A stretch of DNA of 64,000 nt from Curvularia clavata (Eukaryota): contig CP089276.1 in assembly GCA_023920165.1 (NCBI GenBank), positions 744,001-808,000 of the forward strand, written 5' to 3'. This document shows positions 14,490 through 27,321 of this stretch, one piece after another (the first letter of the stretch is position 1; every line of letters starts with the position of its first letter). The position numbers were made by a program, and so were the translations under genes. The notes under the pieces are model-generated. The model was not told the origin of the DNA, ran no database searches, and saw only the letters and a program-made list of their open reading frames with translations.

Positions 14490-15067
14490 GCGGAGGAGGA
14501 TAGCGAATCACGAAGATTTTTCTTGTTGTATATATTATGATACCAGCTTGTTCTGACTTGAATCGAAGTAGATGTTGTTGACACGGCAGCGGCTCGCCAA
14601 TTGCATTCAGATTACGATGATACTGCAAATCTCACTTGCATCCTGTTGTAGTCGACGTTCGTTGTGTTGGCCCTTGAATCAAGCCCTGCGTGTATTACTA
14701 AGGGGCGTCCTTTAATGCGAGGTCATGCAAGGTTACTGACGATTTTGTAAGAGCCCACAAAAGTAAGCAGCCCATGCGATTCTAGGGAATACTACCATTG
14801 GAAAATGGTTACATATCGCAACCCACAACATTCACCCATCGGGGGTTGGCCTACCCCTGCATATCGCACCGCCGTGGGATTATTCTGACGTAAACACGTG
14901 TGAACATGGAAGTGTCTGGATCCTGTGAGATTCACTATTAAGTGTATTGCTTCGGATTCATAGTCACTTGAAACGAGTATTCTGCTAAAGAAAGAGTAGG
15001 TGCAAACGTTATTTATCAATTCATTATTCGTACTTCAGAATATACCAACTTTCCTGTGACGATTTCT

Positions 15068-15851
15068 CTAGTGCAGGAACTCGTTGAAGAAATTGACAGC
15101 ACTCCTCTTGGCCCTTTCCAATCCAGCCTTCTGCTTGGGGTCGTTGGGATCGCCTCGCGCAGCAAAGCCGTGTGTCAAGCCTGGGAAATAGACGTACTCC
15201 CACTGCACACCCGTCTTTGGCAACAAATCAAATGTAGCCTGCTTCAATTCAGGTGTATATGCGAAGTCGTTTTCGGGGGCCAGGATTTGGACAGGCACCT
15301 TGGCCTGCTCAATTTCTGACTTCTCAAGCATGGACGGGTGTGCAGTCGAAATGGCGTCGATGAGGGAGGGATCAGCAGCGAGCTTGAAGCAGGCCCAGCC
15401 ACCATAGCAGAAGCCAATGGCTGCGACCTTCTTGTATTGCGACTTAAGGGTTTGAGCGTGCTCCTTGATCTCCGGCCAACGAGCTTCCTTGTTGTGGCGG
15501 CCAAGGAAGGCCATGAGATCGAAGTTCTTCTGCTTCTCGGGGTTAGAGAGTGCTTCCGGGTCTACTACTTCGCCGTCGAAACTGCGTAACAATGGTTAGC
15601 TGGAATTTGTGCCAAAAGCTGGTTGGTGCTTACAGGTCAGGCACGTATACAGTCGCATTGGCTTCCTTCGCATAGTGGTCCGCAATCAATCGAATGTTCG
15701 GAAGCGTCCAGCCGAAAATGTCGGTTATGATGAGGATAGCGGCATCTTTCGAATCGCCAGTAACGTAGGCATTGACCTTGTTAAGCTTGGTCTCCTTGCC
15801 AACAGTTTGGCCGTTCCACTTGAAGCCTTTCTTACAGTTGTCGCAGGACAT
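15068..15851 (-). CDS. Dienelactone hydrolase family alpha/beta hydrolase (intron 15633-15582)
   Basis: MSCDNCKKG, TDIFGW, nucleophile elbow GFCYGG, AHPS, END and HGF give a Cys-Asp-His triad. The intron restores VPDL-FDG. Confidence 0.92.
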
Positions 15852-17262
15852 CTTGATTCTTGGTATCGAGTGTTATGAGGGCGGGGATGTGGTAATGTTG
15901 TGATTGAGGGGTATTCGAAGGAGCCTGCCGGGGTGCGCAGTCCTTAAATCCATAAGTGGATTAATCTGCCATCCCAGTGAACATGGAAAGAATACAATCC
16001 TCAATCCGGCCAGCTCGCCGTGCCATGAACCAATCATTCGGCTCGGGGGTTACATGACACGAATTGACATCCGGTATTTCCAAACCCGTTACAATGATGA
16101 CGATTGCTACTAGTGCCGGATATGATCCTGGCATAGAGATGATGCCCAGATGAACCTCGATCGCCGAATTTTGCCGAATCTTACCTTGTCGGCTGGCAGC
16201 AAAACTTTATCACCGACGGCCGAAATGTTCCTTGTTCCTGTGTGGAAGTTCCAGTTTCTCCATAGTAGCGGCGCAGATGGGCATCGGTTTTCCGGACATT
16301 GATTACAAATCTCCGTCTGTTCTGGCGAAGCGCACAGGAGCTGTTTCGAGCTGTGCTGTTTCATTTGGAGAGGAACTTCAGTTTGGTGTGTTAAACTTCG
16401 CATAAACGGCATGGCAAATTGGTAAGAAAGGACCTTCTATGGTAACGCTGCATTGTGTCATTCCCTTATACACCTCTAGCGTCCATAGTTGGAACTTACT
16501 GCGTATCGTTTTCTGAGCTCATCTTGGCATTGCTTGTATGTACTAGGGTCCGCTGGGGTGTATGCCGCCAGTAGAGGTAACGACGTCGTTCCCTTAGACT
16601 GCTGGCGAAGATTGCGTGGGCTGCTTGGGCGAAGAGGGCAGCAAGAACTCCGCTACGGTCAATGAAAGCGTCCCATATTGTACGATTAGCTTCGCACAAG
16701 TCTTTCTGAGTCGATACTAGGCATCTTGATTTTCGTTCAAGGGGACGCAGACCGCCCTTGAGCGATTTGGGGATTGAAGAGGACATTGCGTCTCGGACGA
16801 CTGAACCACTGTAGTCGGCAGCGAGGATCTTCATGGTCCAGTCTATGCTTTAGGTAGATGGTACCGATTATCGCTATCGCGCTCGTCAATAAAATTCACG
16901 ACAAAGGTGAGGAAAGTAGTCACTAATCGATATGATATTGCATGCAACTTTCATAGCTGCTCTATTGTTCGAGATTGAACATGTCTGTTGACATGCTGGC
17001 ATGCGGGTGTTGCGGGTGAAATAATGTTCATTTCAATGTAATTGTGACGGTGCGTAGATGCCGGCAGTCGTGTGTGGATAAAGGAAGGAATCAGTGCTGG
17101 CTAACTGAGTAATCACTTGCATGCGCTAATCACTTCACTCCGACACTGCACGTTGCCCAGAATCACCCGTCCATATTCAGTGCAGGAGTGTTTTACCGGC
17201 GGAATCTCCACCCCATAAGCAAGAGATCCTCGGTTTGTAAGACTGACTCCCTTCCTGATTAA

Positions 17263-19122
17263 TCATAACTTCGCTAACCTTCTCTCTGTATTTGGCTCCC
17301 ATTTTTGAATATCTGAGCAGTTGCGCCAGTCTTCCGGGAAGAAGTGGGGCCCGAGTGTCTTCTTTTGAACTTTTCCTGTAGCCGTTTTTGGTAGCTCGCC
17401 GCTGACGACCCGCAGAAGTGTTGGCAACTTGTACCCAGCAAGTCTTCGACGAAGGTCACGCCGCAATCCGTCAATTGTCAACGAACCACCAGTACTCGGC
17501 TGCTTTCCTGCGAAATTCATGTTCAAGTCATCTTCTTGCAACGATAGAAGAGCAGCGACCCGTTGCCCAAACTCTTTGTCCGGGACGCCGATAATCACGG
17601 CTTCGGCGACGTATGGCAAGCTCAGCAACTCTCTCTCAATATCTAGGGCTGATATCTTGTATCCTCCCGATTTGATAATGTCTAGAGACTCACGACCGAG
17701 TATGAAGTAATAATTCCCTTCTCTTCGTGCGAGGTCTCCGGTTTTGAAATATCCGTCCTTGTCGTGTGCCTTTTCCGTGCCTTCCGGATCATCCAGATAT
17801 TTCATGAACATGTGCTGTATGCGATGAGAGCCATTCCTTGTCAGCATTGAAGTCACTTACCGGGCTCTTGACGAGTATCTCGCCTTCGTTGCCCTTCGAA
17901 AGCTTTACATCTATGCCAGTCACAAGCTCGCCTACTGATCCCTCGGGAGTCCCCCTATCTTCAAGGCACATTTTGAAGATTGCCCCGAACTCAGTTGCTC
18001 CGTATCTTTGCAAGATCCTTTGCCTCATGATATCTGTCCAAAAGTCATTCAGCGGTTGAGGTAACGCTGAAGTCCCACACAAACAGGCGCGGAATTGCCG
18101 CGCGCCTGCAATGTATGGGGCTAACTCATCTGGATTCAGCTTATGTAGATGGCGTTGATAATATCGCCTCAGCCTCATCCACATGGTCGGAACCGCTGAA
18201 AAGAATGTGAGCCGCCTCGAAGGCTGGGTTGCTCCTTCCTTCCAGCGCTTCCATGTCCAAGCCTCATCGAACCCTCCGCTACGAAACTCAATACAGGCAC
18301 CGGATACAAGGAATGGAAAAAGGTTTATGCCGACGCCTGTGGCGTGGTGGACTGGAAGCAGATGAAGTATGACATCGTCTTCAGTTAACCGATAGTGGTC
18401 CGCTATGGACAGCGCACAGTCAAAGACGTACGACCTTCGCATCACCGCGCCTTTAGGCTTTCCAGTTGTACCACTCGTGAAGATTACAAAAGCTGGCGCA
18501 TTCTCCTCCAAAGCGCGATCCGAGGAGATGACTATATTCCCAATGCCAAGAGGAGGAGATGAGATGGACGGTCCTATCGGCACAACCCGAAATTGAGGAT
18601 TGCTGGTAGAAGTAATGCATTGTTCAAGAGCATGACATGTTTCCATATTCGCAGAGCTGGCAAGAACAAGCACTGATCTCGATTTGTCGGTGAAGTAAAT
18701 CGCTTCTTCCACTGGTAAAGCAGGTGTCATTGGCACTGCGGCAGCCCCAAGCGCCAGTACCGCTAGGATTGCAACTGCGTATTCGTATCCGCCCGCTGCT
18801 GAAACTGCCATGTACACCTCTTCTCTCCTTTGCAACGCCATGCGTGTTGCGTCATCTAGAGTATCGAGGATGGTATGTCGCAAAGCCAAGACGTCAGTGA
18901 GCAAATCCAGATGGGTCTTCTGCAACTCTGCGTGAGCATCTTCAATGGCTACGCGTGCGGGAATTCGACTGGCATATCGGAGTAGCCGACTGAACAGAGG
19001 CTATGCACATATTAGCGAACACTTGGGGCTAGTGCGCATACTTGGGTGTGGTGAAGTCGTACAGTGTTCGGGAGCACGTTGTACCCAACGTGCCTAGGTA
19101 CCACATAATATCGGTCCTCCAT
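17263..19122 (-). CDS. Peroxisomal AMP-binding acyl-CoA synthetase/ligase, ACSF3/MatB-like (introns 19062-19001, 17860-17815)
   Basis: FTSGTTGKPKG AMP-binding loop, LPVHHATG, RYGATE, GYFKTGD, DIIKSGGYKIS, LPKTATGKV. Start MEDRYYVVPRH found by splicing. C-terminus -RRLAKL is a PTS1. Confidence 0.92.
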
Positions 19123-19699
19123 TTGGTGCTACAACTATTACAGCGATTTTGTTGCTACCCAGGAGTCGGAAGACAGATATATGCGCGCGGTCACATGCAT
19201 CCTTCGCACGTGTGTCAAGGATGCGAAGCGCTACTGTATCAAGCGCTTGCCAAGGTGCGCGGGGAAGCTCGAATCGCTTGTGGGGGGTCCATGGTATTTT
19301 GGTGCAGGGTGACCTGCTAGTCGATCGTGCCACAAGATCGCGGGGAAAGACTTCCGTGGCTGTCCCCGCAGCCTGTCGCTTCGGGCGCTAACAGCCGGGC
19401 GAGGCCGCTCAACAGTACCCGTAGCGTATGCCAAACGTCTTCTAAGCAACCTGTCATTTGACTCGCACAACAAGGACTGCCGTCTTGCCCGTTCCGCTTT
19501 TAGCGACTTGTATCATAAATAGGCTGCGTCCGACCGTTCTAGCGTCCGAAAAGAGACCAAGGCTATCGCCAGGGCAAGCGATTCCGCCACCCTGCAGGAC
19601 CGACTTCCCAACAAATACGGTAGTTTACGATGCGACCAGGAACAAGACTTGTGCCCAGCCCTACATCATCCTGGTGCACACGATACGCGAATGCTAAAA

Positions 19700-19729
19700 A
19701 TGATGATGATGATGATGATGATGATGATG
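19700..19729 (+). repeat. (ATG)10 microsatellite in the ligase/transferase divergent intergenic region
   Basis: Ten perfect ATG units read directly. Confidence 0.95.
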
Positions 19730-21423
19730 CTACCACCACCTATTCTCGCTTGTCCAGGCTGCCAGCCGGAGAGTACCAGCGCACATAACGCGTCTACCGT
19801 CGATTTCCGGTCAACAGCAGACTGTCGTGTGCACTCCACTCCACACCTCTCTCTGTCTGGAGTTACATCCATGGCCATTGAGTCGACGGGCCGCTGTGCT
19901 GTGCTGTTGAATGGTTTCTCGGGCTTACTTTTCCCTGTTTTTTTACTACCGTTGTCTGGCTGTCTGGCCGTATTAGGATTGAGCCCTATGGTGGCACCAC
20001 TCACAAGCAGCAACCAAACGGATCATCAAGCGTCGTTGGCTACCCAAGAGGCGTTACGTATGTGCTCGGAAGAGCTGACGGCTAGAGCTCGGCCAATTGC
20101 TCAGTTATTTCGGTGGTTCGTTTGCGCATCGTGCATAAGGCGTTTCGCTTACCGACAGGTTACTGTCGCAAGATGAGGTGTGGCATGCCTACCCTACTGT
20201 TGTCAGCCACAATGACTATAGCCACACCTACTTTTGCCCATCAACACCTTGCTGCTCGAAATGTTTGCTGGCATCAGATGACGGTTCCGACCCACATAGG
20301 GACGGGCCACCCGCAACGTGTCTCCGTAGGCGCCTACCGATCAGATGACGTCTCGCTACTGGTCTGCTGGAATTTCTTGCAAAGATACCTCACACCGCTT
20401 TGTACAAGATACTATTCGAAGGAACAAGATGGAGGTTGATGACACAGAGCTGGGGCGGAAGTACGTTGCACTTGTTGTCGCCAGGCCAGGGGTGCGTGAC
20501 TGGTGCGCGCACGACCATGGGTACCGACGCCGAGCAATACTGCAGCAGAGTTTTTGTTACCTTGGGCGTACACCGACCACGAAAAGAGGGACCTATTACG
20601 GCGCATCAGACGATTATGGTATCGGCGATCGAACCAGGCATGGACGGCATTCTGTTTGTCTTGGCCATGGATGCTGCAAAACTACCCAGGTTATCATTTC
20701 CAATGCGCCACGCTGTACCAGAGAGCCGCTGCCGCGACCGCAGGATTGGACGACGCTGGGATGCCCGAATGTTTGCAAGCGACAAGACAAGGCAAAGAAA
20801 AGACCGGATCCATGCGTCCCTGGCCCCTGCTGACCAGGATGGGAGACGTCAGCAAGGAACGATGATCATCTTTTTTTGCGAGGTGCATACCGCAACCTGC
20901 ACATCGCCTCGAACTATCAAGCTGAGGAAGAAAAGCAAAAGCTTCGAACGCCTCTTGCTGCCCCTCGGCCGCCTTGTCTCTCTGGCTGAGACCCTCTGCG
21001 AACCCCCGCGCGTCGGCTGCATGACATCCGCATCCGCCATGTTGGGTGGTTTGGTGGTGCCTTGGGCGCAATAGAGTAATGGCGGCCGGGGAAGGCGGCA
21101 CGAGACACGTTTGGCGCAGTCGAGGGTACGGAAGCGAGTCGTCGATAGGGCAGCCCGGCGGGGAAGCGGGCGACGGGCATGGCGTAGCCGCACAGATGTT
21201 TCCGCATGCGGCCATAGCACACTCGGTCCGTGGGAGGGTGGACCGATGCCGCCCCCCTCCGTCACATCAGGCGCAGCTCCATGGGACCTTGCGGTGAAGG
21301 GGTAAAATTGGCCTCTCGTGCTTCATATGTCGTGTGCTTGTTCACCTACTCGAAAGCACCTATGACTCTTCGGCGTTTTGACACACATATATATATACTA
21401 ATAGTTTCGGGAAACGCTCAGCC

Positions 21424-23251
21424 ATGTCATTAGACCTACCAATGCTGATGAGCAGGAGCCGGCTTCTGGGCTCTGTTGCCAGCTCTGCCCCCCGCCTACT
21501 CAATATGATCACCAAGCCGGACAATCTTTCTCGTCGAACAAAGTCGTTCCATCTTTCTTGCCTAGATCAACACATAGTGCGCGTGTACATACAAACGCTA
21601 TGCGTATTTCCCGTATGTTAATCCAAGCAGGGAGACAATTGCGTAGTAGGTGCTAACTTGAGGCGCCAGTTCCCTGACCAGAACAACGCTGAAGCTGCCA
21701 TACACAGCCTTGGCAATGGCCTTCGTCTCACACTCAGGAAATTCCCTTTCCTTGCTGGAACGCTTACTCTGCCGGATCCTGGAACAGGGAAGCTCGCTCT
21801 GGAATACCCAACCGAAGTGTCGGACGAAGAGCTCAATTGTATTTTCCGTTCCAAGCAAATCACGTACCATGAGCGTGACTTTCCGTACACGTATGAGAAG
21901 TTGAAGCGGGACGGCATGCCACCCAGTGCTTTCAAGGGCGCCATGTTTGTCCCTGAAGATCTCGCCGAGTATCCAGGTGTTTCAGAGGACGGCGAAGGCA
22001 AAGTGGATTTCGACAAGAGCGACGCACCTGCAATGCGATGCCAAGCATTCTTCATTCCAGGGGGATTGGTGCTTTCTACCTACATGCATCATAGTGTATC
22101 CGACTTCTCTGGCATCAACATCTTCTGGGAAGCCTTCTCCAAGAACGTATCTAGCCTCTCAAGCCAGCATATTCCATGTGAAAGCAGAGTCTTTGGTAAC
22201 TGGCTCTCATGAAAACGTTTCAACAACGACTGACCGTGTCAGATACAACCAATGTCGCTGAGAGACAATCACAACTTCGGCAAGCCGTCGATCGACATAC
22301 CGTCCCTCAGCGAACAGGAAGCAATGCAGACTGCTACTGCGATGGACCGCCCAAGTATCACAAGACCCTATCCACAGAGACTACATGCACCCAACGTCTC
22401 TTTGTGATCCCCGTTTCTCGGATACGCCAATACCGAGACAGACTGCGGCCTCATTTCCCACCCGAATATACGCCGACAATGTGCAATGTGCTTGCTGCCT
22501 TGGTGTGGACGCACATCACGCGAGCGAGGGGAGATCGACTGCTCGAGCATGGGCTGAAAGAGACGAACCTTGGTATCGCGACGGACTTACGCAAACGACA
22601 AAACCCTCGTATTCCCGCGGACTACATGGGAAACATGGCCCTGTTCTCGAAAGGCACTTTTAGTGTTTCAGATATGTTGGCTGAAGGCCGGTGAGTTTGC
22701 TCCCTGCTGCTGTCTCACTCACGGTTACACTTTGCGAACCCGCATATTTGTCAGACCGTACTTTGAGCGAATGCTCCCCTTGGATCTGAGAAGGTTCACT
22801 GACGAGATTGCGTAGTGTAACGGTGTCTACTATCGTTCGCGTGATCAAGGAGATCCAGAGCGCCATTCACAGTGTCGATGACAATTGGGTTTCCCGCCAT
22901 CTCAAGTTCTTCAAGTCAATCGACCAAATAACCGATACCGAACTTTCACTGGCCATGACGTTTGGCTCGGACATGTACATATCCTCTTGGCTAAACTTTG
23001 GCGCCGACCTCAGCTGGGGCATACCCGGTACTGACCACGGTAAGCAATCCCTTGCCGGTCGGCCCGAATTTATCAGGCGAACCTATGCACCGAGCGATGG
23101 TGGGATCATCTTCCTCCCACGACGTCGGCAGCCTGTGAACAATGCAGAAGCACCGTTTGAGATTTTGGTACGACTCGCCAAGGAGGACATGACCCGCGTG
23201 CTAGAAGAAGAGGGGGGCTTGCGTAGCTGGGCAGATGCCGTGCTTGAGTAA
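21424..23251 (+). CDS. CoA-dependent acyltransferase, BAHD/Tri101-like (introns 21613-21669, 22196-22242, 22691-22815)
   Basis: LSCLDQ, FPFLAG, FIPGGLVL, catalytic HxxxD (HHSVSD), LAALVW, DLRKR...YMGN, and SSWLNFGADLSWG (DFGWG-like). Three canonical introns keep one frame. Confidence 0.9.
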
Positions 23252-23742
23252 GATGGTGTTCTCAACTACCTGCCGGCATGTTGATATGCTCAGACATGGG
23301 CCGGGGGAGCATAATTGGCCCGGTGCAACAGGGCGTTTATTGGCATCTTTCTTTCTCGCGCTATGTTCAAAAGAGTGTTTGGGCGTTTGCTTTACTGCCA
23401 GGGTTATTCTTTCGGTCATCGGTTGGGTTTGGACATCTGATATCCTGTACAATTAGCTTGCTTTGGAGAAGAGTGTGGGGGAGCCCCAAAAAAGTTGCAT
23501 AGCGCTTGCTTCGGCAATGTTTTACGGCCGCATCAATCTTGTATCCTGTTTTATCCTATCAGTATTCGATGTGAAGTTGCTCAGATCATCATCCACTAGT
23601 CAGGATTCTGTATGTCAACGCGGTCTGCATCAGGATAGCCCCGCATGTCCGGCTCCACATGCCTAACACGCGAGGCCCCCGCATCATTGCGCGCAGCTAC
23701 AATGTCCCCGCCCGACTTTGTTGACACCATGAACGAGACGAG

Positions 23743-23748
23743 CCGAGG
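23743..23748 (+). promoter_or_regulatory. Putative FarA/FarB fatty-acid response site CCGAGG upstream of the acyl-CoA oxidase
   Basis: Exact CCGAGG about 200 bp before the ATG of a beta-oxidation gene. It is a hexamer, so chance occurrence is possible. Confidence 0.45.
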
Positions 23749-23943
23749 CAAGCAATACCTCTCATATCTCCGCGTTAGCCCCGGGCAATGACATCCGGTA
23801 TGGTCTTCCAACACACAGGCTGTATCACTCTGTTCGTGATCCGCAACTTTCAAAGTGACACGCCCACCACACCTTTGTTCCGGACGGCTGGCGGCTGGGC
23901 TTGATTGTAAGAGCTCGATAGCAAACAGGCGGCCAATTACGAC

Positions 23944-26231
23944 ATGGCAGATTTCACCGACAATCTCAAGCCCTTGTACGACGGCACGGCAATGCTCCAG
24001 GCGGAACGCGACGGCTCGCACATCGATGCCGATCAACTAGCACACCACCTCTTAGGCAGGGATGGCTTTCTGGACCGGCAGAATAAAGTCCTCGCCGTCT
24101 TGACTAAGGAGAAACTTTTCAGGAAAGAGCAGCAGCTTAACTTGTCTCGGCCTGACCGGTATCACCTGGGTCTGGCGAGAGCAAAGGCCATTCAGAGGCT
24201 GATGAGACAAGAAGGCTGGGATCACGAAGACTACAAAATGGCCGAATACCTGAACGATGAAATGAGTCCGTATTTCTTGCATATGAGCATGTTCGGTGAG
24301 TCCCGCAATGATTATGGTTGAGAATGTTATGCAGGACCTGTGTAACTGCGAGCTTGGAGGCTGGGCTAACGTGCTCGGCGTCACAGTCACAACAGTACGC
24401 GAGCAGGCCTCCGAGGAGCAGCAAAAGTTTTGGATTCCCAGGATTCTCAACTACGACATCATTGGATGCTATGCGCAGACCGAGTTGGGCCACGGGAGCA
24501 ACGTAAGAGGGCTGGAAACGGTGGCCAAGTGGGACCCAGTTGCAAAGGAATTTGAAATACACAGTCCAACCCTGACTGCCAGCAAGTGGTGGAATGGGTC
24601 AATGGGAAGGACTGCCACACATGCCGTACGCATCTTCCCACCTCCACCCCTGTACTACATTCCAGAACCCGGAAAGCCGCCTGAAAAAAAAAGCGTCCGC
24701 TGACGTGACCCATTTTTAGATTGTTGTGGCGCAATTGCTGTTGCCGCGATCATGCAGCCCACTCAACACGAACAGCGTTTCCAAACCCAATAGTGTCGAC
24801 GCTGACTACGTCCCTCACGGCCCGCAGACCTTCATTCTGCAGATCCGGGATGAGAAGACGCATCAGCCTCTGCCCGGTATAGCGGTCGGTGACATCGGGC
24901 CGAAGTATGGCTATGCCAGTATGGACAATGGGTATATGCTGTTTGACCACTTCCGTGCGCCAAAGTCGGCAATGCTGAGCCGGTATGCAGAGGTCTCAGA
25001 GGAAACCGGCACATTGGTGCGGACAGGACATCCGGCAGTGTTATACGGGAGCTTGACATTTGTTCGGGCACAAATCATCATGCATGCAAGACTGGTCCTT
25101 GCCCGCGCTGTCACAGTCGCAGTGCGATACTGTGCCATCAGGCGACAGTTCAAGGACCGCGACTCAACTAATCCCTCTGACGAAGAAATGAAGGTACTCG
25201 ACTATCCCACTGTGCAGATTCGCATCTTGCCGCTGCTTGCGACTACGTTTGCACTACATTACACGGGCGAATACATGTACACGCTGTACCAACGGTCGCG
25301 GGAGACTATCGAGAAGGGCGACTTTGGACCATTGGCTGAATTGCACAGCGCAAGCTCGGGATTAAAGAGCCTCTGTACCACGCTTGCTGCTGATGGTATC
25401 GAAACATGTCGGCGTGCGATGGGTGGCCATGGTTTTGGCGGCGGAAGTGGGCTCGTTGGGCTAAATGCTGACTACCTCTCCAAGCCGACAGTTGAAGGGG
25501 ACAACTGGATGATTACACAACAGGTGGCTGCATATTTGATTAAGAAAATGAGCGATGCTGTCCAACGCCCAACGACATCACCCCAAGACCCGACCGACGA
25601 GCTGTTCCAGTTCTATCTCAAGAACCGTACACGTCGCACGCCGCAGGTGGTAGTGGTGAAAGAAGGAACGGTAGACGATCAAAGCATAGTCGAAGTCTTT
25701 CGATGGCGGGCAGCAGACCTATCCTATCGTGTCTATCAGGCTCGTGTAGTGGAGGAGCAGCCGTGGACCCGTCTGATGGTACAGCTGCACAACCTCAGCC
25801 GTGCATACTCTGAGCAGATTCTGGTCAGCAACTTCTACAATGGCCTCGGCTCTATTCCTTCACCCAACCAATCGGTCTTGCGGACATGCTTTCGGCTGTA
25901 TGCCTTATACACGCTTGATCAGTATGCTTCATCGTTCACGATGACGGGTGCCGTTCCGCCTGAGTCTGTGTATACTTTGCAGAATCTGATACTTGATTTG
26001 ATGGCCGAGTTGCGTCCACACGCCGTGAAGCTGGTAGATGCATGGTCAATACCAGACTGGCTTCTCAATAGTGCCCTTGGTAGGTATGATGGCAAAGTAT
26101 ACGAGGAGCTGTTCGACATGGCGCACCGGAAGAATCCGTTGAACAAAACAACGTTCAATCCAGACTGGCGGAGTGATGAGATTGTGCTGGGCAGTGGAGA
26201 CGGAGGAAGGCATATACTAGCAAAGCTATAA
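23944..26231 (+). CDS. Peroxisomal acyl-CoA oxidase, POX1/AoxA family (introns 24296-24386, 24626-24719)
   Basis: GCYAQTELGHGSNV, SKWWNG, GDIGPKYG...DNG, AVRYCAIRRQF, CRRAMGGHG, catalytic PTVEGDN, SALGRYDGKVY. C-terminus -ILAKL is a PTS1. Confidence 0.95.
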
Positions 26232-27321
26232 AAGTATGCAGTGGCGTCCAATTAGGCGAACGGGTATCTGACAGAAACCCGTCAAGTGTCAAACGTGACG
26301 AAAAGCCGAAACTTGGGGTAGCGTGAAACCGAATCGTGAAGATCATTGATTCTCGACCCACCCCTCATTTTCTTTGCGAGTGACTGCGTCCGGTGAAGGT
26401 TGGGTAGGAATACATGGTAGACAAGGGAATAAAGAGAAGAAGTAAAAATCTACCCCTGAGAGGACGTCATGGCACAGCGGCTCCACTGTCTAGCTGCAGC
26501 GTCCTGCACAAAGACTGGAGCGATATCTCCAGCCAACAGGCGATTCTGTAATATGGGGCTAGGCGACCGTTGCAAAAGGGCCGATGAGAGCCCAAAGCTG
26601 ACATGTTGCTGGTGATTCGAGGCCCCTGCTGTATGGACTGTTGAAACAGCGGTTTCTTGTGCATGTGGTGGTCGGGTACTTGTTCGGAAGCGGGCGGACA
26701 GGAGGGCCAAGCATAGCAAATAGGAGGGCAGCCAAAGGATGAGAAAGGTTGACGCTAGCAACTGGGCACGGCGGGTCGAAACACGCATGGAGTTAGGAGG
26801 CCTCTACTTGCTGTAGCAGTGTCCGCAGAAGTTGGAAAGCCGTTGGGCTGCCAAGGCCAGTGTCTTCTCCGAGTTGAGTTTGACTCAGCAACAGTCGGAG
26901 GCCTGGCGCTTGTGACGCACGACGCACGACGCACCAACTGCGGCACATCAAAGCACCCCATGCAGGGCCGTTTTCCCGACCACCGGGCCTGAACCGCAGA
27001 CAACCCCCCCATGCTTCCCATACCATTCTTTGCCCATTCTCTGCCAGCCAACCTGCATGGACTTTCTTCCGCTAGCTACCGGGCGCTTACCTTGACGTGT
27101 GTAACGGCCCTCGACTGGGTTTCAGCCTGAGCTGCACACGTGACGGCGCGCTACACTCCTTCTGGCCTGCCCAACTTCTACGTGCTTTGCGCTCCACCAG
27201 ACCCGGGACAAAGTGCCATACTTAGTGGCATTCCGGTTGGGTCATTCTTTTTTCCTGTCCCGTAATCATTACCTCGTTGTTGGTCATTCCATCTGCTTGC
27301 ACTAGACCCCGTTGCCTGTCA

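Noticed and set aside
5186..20968. Additional CCTCGG/CCGAGG hexamers (5186, 9600, 17228, 20963)
   Set aside because: Frequency is compatible with chance for a 6-mer. Only the copy before the acyl-CoA oxidase has strong contextual support.
19649..21305. Many overlapping ORFs, including one with poly-Met
   Set aside because: No domains or coherent splice model. The poly-Met is the (ATG)10 microsatellite. Treated as divergent promoter DNA.
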